DNA from: a virus
Taxonomy: Duplodnaviria > Caudoviricetes
Strand: one strand, 5' to 3'
IMG/VR virus record: IMGVR_UViG_3300004369_000017
Span: 1 to 57,164 of that record
DNA length: 57,164 nucleotides
Part shown: positions 55,858-57,164 of the stretch, in pieces
How the letters are laid out: each line of letters starts with the position of its first letter
How positions within the stretch are numbered: position 1 is the first letter of the stretch
Program-made: the position numbers and the translations under genes
The notes under the pieces: model-generated
What the model saw: the letters and a program-made list of their open reading frames with translations, nothing else
Database searches by the model: none
What the model was told of the DNA's origin: nothing

Positions 55858-56271
55858 ATGTCACAGTCACCGCTGAATATCGTCGCCCTTCGCCAAGAAT
55901 GCCTTGAAGCAATGGCACAAGCAATCTGTATCCCCAACAGCTACCTCGCTCCAGAGTTTCGGAATAATCGCAAAGTAAGCGGAAAGATGGGTGAGGATGA
56001 TTCTGTACAGCGTGAACAGTCGCAGAGCATCGCGACAATTCTCCGAAAGGTTGAACAAGCCGAACTGATCGCCGCTCTGAAAGACGCCCCAAGCGAAGCT
56101 GAACTGCTGAAGCAAACTCGATTGTCACGGATTGAAAGTTATGCTGAGCAGTTTGACGCAAGCGAATCCTTTGAATACAACGTAGATGAAGACCTACTAT
56201 ACAGACGACAGCTTGAATTTGCTAATGCGATTGGTATGGAATTTGATGAAGAGGATTCTTGGGGTGAATAA
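55858..56271 (+). CDS. Acidic hypothetical protein (137 aa)
   Basis: Start moved to ATG 55858 (MSQSPL), with a CAGGA RBS downstream of the promoter. Confidence 0.7.
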   Translation: MSQSPLNIVALRQECLEAMAQAICIPNSYLAPEFRNNRKVSGKMGEDDSVQREQSQSIATILRKVEQAELIAALKDAPSEAELLKQTRLSRIESYAEQFDASESFEYNVDEDLLYRRQLEFANAIGMEFDEEDSWGE

Positions 56272-56410
56272 GGTTTGGCAGATTGTATGGCTGGACATGG
56301 GCACCGGCAGGATAAAGCCGGTGCATAAAATGATCAACAACTTTCCAACACTGTACAGAAATACGGTTGCCGATCCGTCAAAAAAATCGGCCCGGACAAA
56401 TTTGTCATAA
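56264..56410 (+). CDS. Small hypothetical protein
   Basis: GAGGA RBS and a GTG start overlapping the end of the previous gene. Runs into repeat copy 3. Confidence 0.35.
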   Translation: MNKVWQIVWLDMGTGRIKPVHKMINNFPTLYRNTVADPSKKSARTNLS

Positions 56411-56434
56411 GTCTATATGACACAACAACTTACA
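56381..56434. repeat. Dispersed ~50-bp repeat, copy 3
   Basis: AAAAAATCGGCCCGGACAAATTTGTC then ATAAGTCTATA-tgaca-CAACAACTTAC. Confidence 0.8.
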
Positions 56435-56484
56435 ACGGCTTTTAGAAAATTTCAAATTCTTTGTGAAATTATTAGTGTCTGGGG

Positions 56485-56513
56485 TTGCACAGTGTCGATA
56501 CTAAGTGTATAAT
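56485..56513 (+). promoter_or_regulatory. Early-type promoter
   Basis: TTGCAC-17-TATAAT. Confidence 0.75.
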
Positions 56514-56551
56514 GCGTCTTCACAAGAACGACAGCCAACAAGGAAACAAAG

Positions 56552-56710
56552 ATGTTCAACCTGAGTAAATCTGAAAAAGCGGTTTTCGGCAAGCTGGTTT
56601 CCAATGGCAACGACCTGCACGTCGATGGTTCTGGCTGGCACTTTAACGAGATGGTTTTCGAATCTTTTCGGGAATTCTGGAAATTCTGTCAAGATCAGCT
56701 TGACAAATGA
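56552..56710 (+). CDS. 52-aa microprotein, VDxxGW family member 4
   Basis: AAGGA RBS. MFNLSKSEKAVFGKLVSNGNDLHVDGSGWHFNEMVFESFREFWKFCQDQLDK. Confidence 0.75.
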   Translation: MFNLSKSEKAVFGKLVSNGNDLHVDGSGWHFNEMVFESFREFWKFCQDQLDK

Positions 56711-56728
56711 CGGTCACTGTAGTACAAT
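56700..56728 (+). promoter_or_regulatory. Early-type promoter
   Basis: TTGACA-17-TACAAT. Confidence 0.8.
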
Positions 56729-56761
56729 ACAAGCACAAGAAACAACATCACTCAGGAGAAA

Positions 56762-56995
56762 ATGATGACACCCATCACAAGTCGAGAGATTCCAGAAGGT
56801 TTCCAACTTGATTGGAATTCAGAAACGTGGAACGTTGGGTTCGTGTTTGTCTGGTCTGAAGTGTTTGAAGGTTACTTACAACAGGGGCAGATCACCGTGA
56901 AACCCGGTGATACGCTGTCAGAAGCGTTTGAGCGGGCAGTTGGTGAACCGTTGTTCTCTGATCGTGAAGTATTCTTTGTAAAGGAACAGGCATGA
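56762..56995 (+). CDS. Hypothetical protein
   Basis: 77 aa, CAGGAG RBS. Confidence 0.7.
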   Translation: MMTPITSREIPEGFQLDWNSETWNVGFVFVWSEVFEGYLQQGQITVKPGDTLSEAFERAVGEPLFSDREVFFVKEQA

Positions 56996-57164
56996 AAAAA
57001 GTCGCCCACTATGCTTTCCCCGGTGGTTATCAAATGTTCTATTATGTGGAATCTGACGATGGTAAGTTCCACAGTTGTCCATCATGTGTAAATCAGAACC
57101 GTATCGGCAAGAATGTCGATTGTTGCAAGGGGCATATCAATTATGAGGATGATACGCTTTTCTG
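56992..57164 (+). CDS. Cys-containing hypothetical protein, partial
   Basis: ATGA overlap with the previous gene. MKKVAHYAFPGGYQMFYYVESDDGKFHSCPSC... is open to the window end. Confidence 0.65.
   Translation, partial: MKKVAHYAFPGGYQMFYYVESDDGKFHSCPSCVNQNRIGKNVDCCKGHINYEDDTLF

Noticed and set aside
54210-56434. Dispersed repeats read as a CRISPR array
   Set aside because: The copies are degenerate and separated by about 1 kb of genes rather than 30-40 bp spacers. No cas genes are present.

Overview
The window is a segment of a large tailed dsDNA bacteriophage genome, probably with a long non-contractile tail because no sheath gene is visible. Bases 1 to about 50,690 form one minus-strand late/virion cluster. 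In transcription order it holds a sigma-like factor, a candidate small terminase, gmd, HNH and ERCC4 nucleases, a ClpP-like protease, large terminase, portal, prohead protease/scaffold, decoration protein, major capsid protein, fibres, a Thr/Cys-rich mucin-like protein beside a two-domain GT2 glycosyltransferase, neck genes, tail tube, chaperones, tape measure, and a 3711-aa tail protein. The coding strand switches near 50,740. After that come a GC-rich structured non-coding stretch, a GT8 glycosyltransferase, and (52.9-57.2 kb) an early-type array of very small genes, most with their own sigma70-type promoter. The most interesting signals are: a possible virion O-glycosylation system (GT2, GT8, Gmd, a mucin-like substrate and Ser-Gly-rich structural proteins); a ~50-bp repeat present three times, with an 11-5-11 inverted core, that punctuates the early array and is linked to a four-member microprotein family; a ~260-nt candidate structured RNA; a GTGTAT(A) late-promoter motif; and a split seven-blade integrin-like propeller. 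All product calls come from motifs read by eye and from gene order. No database searches were run.
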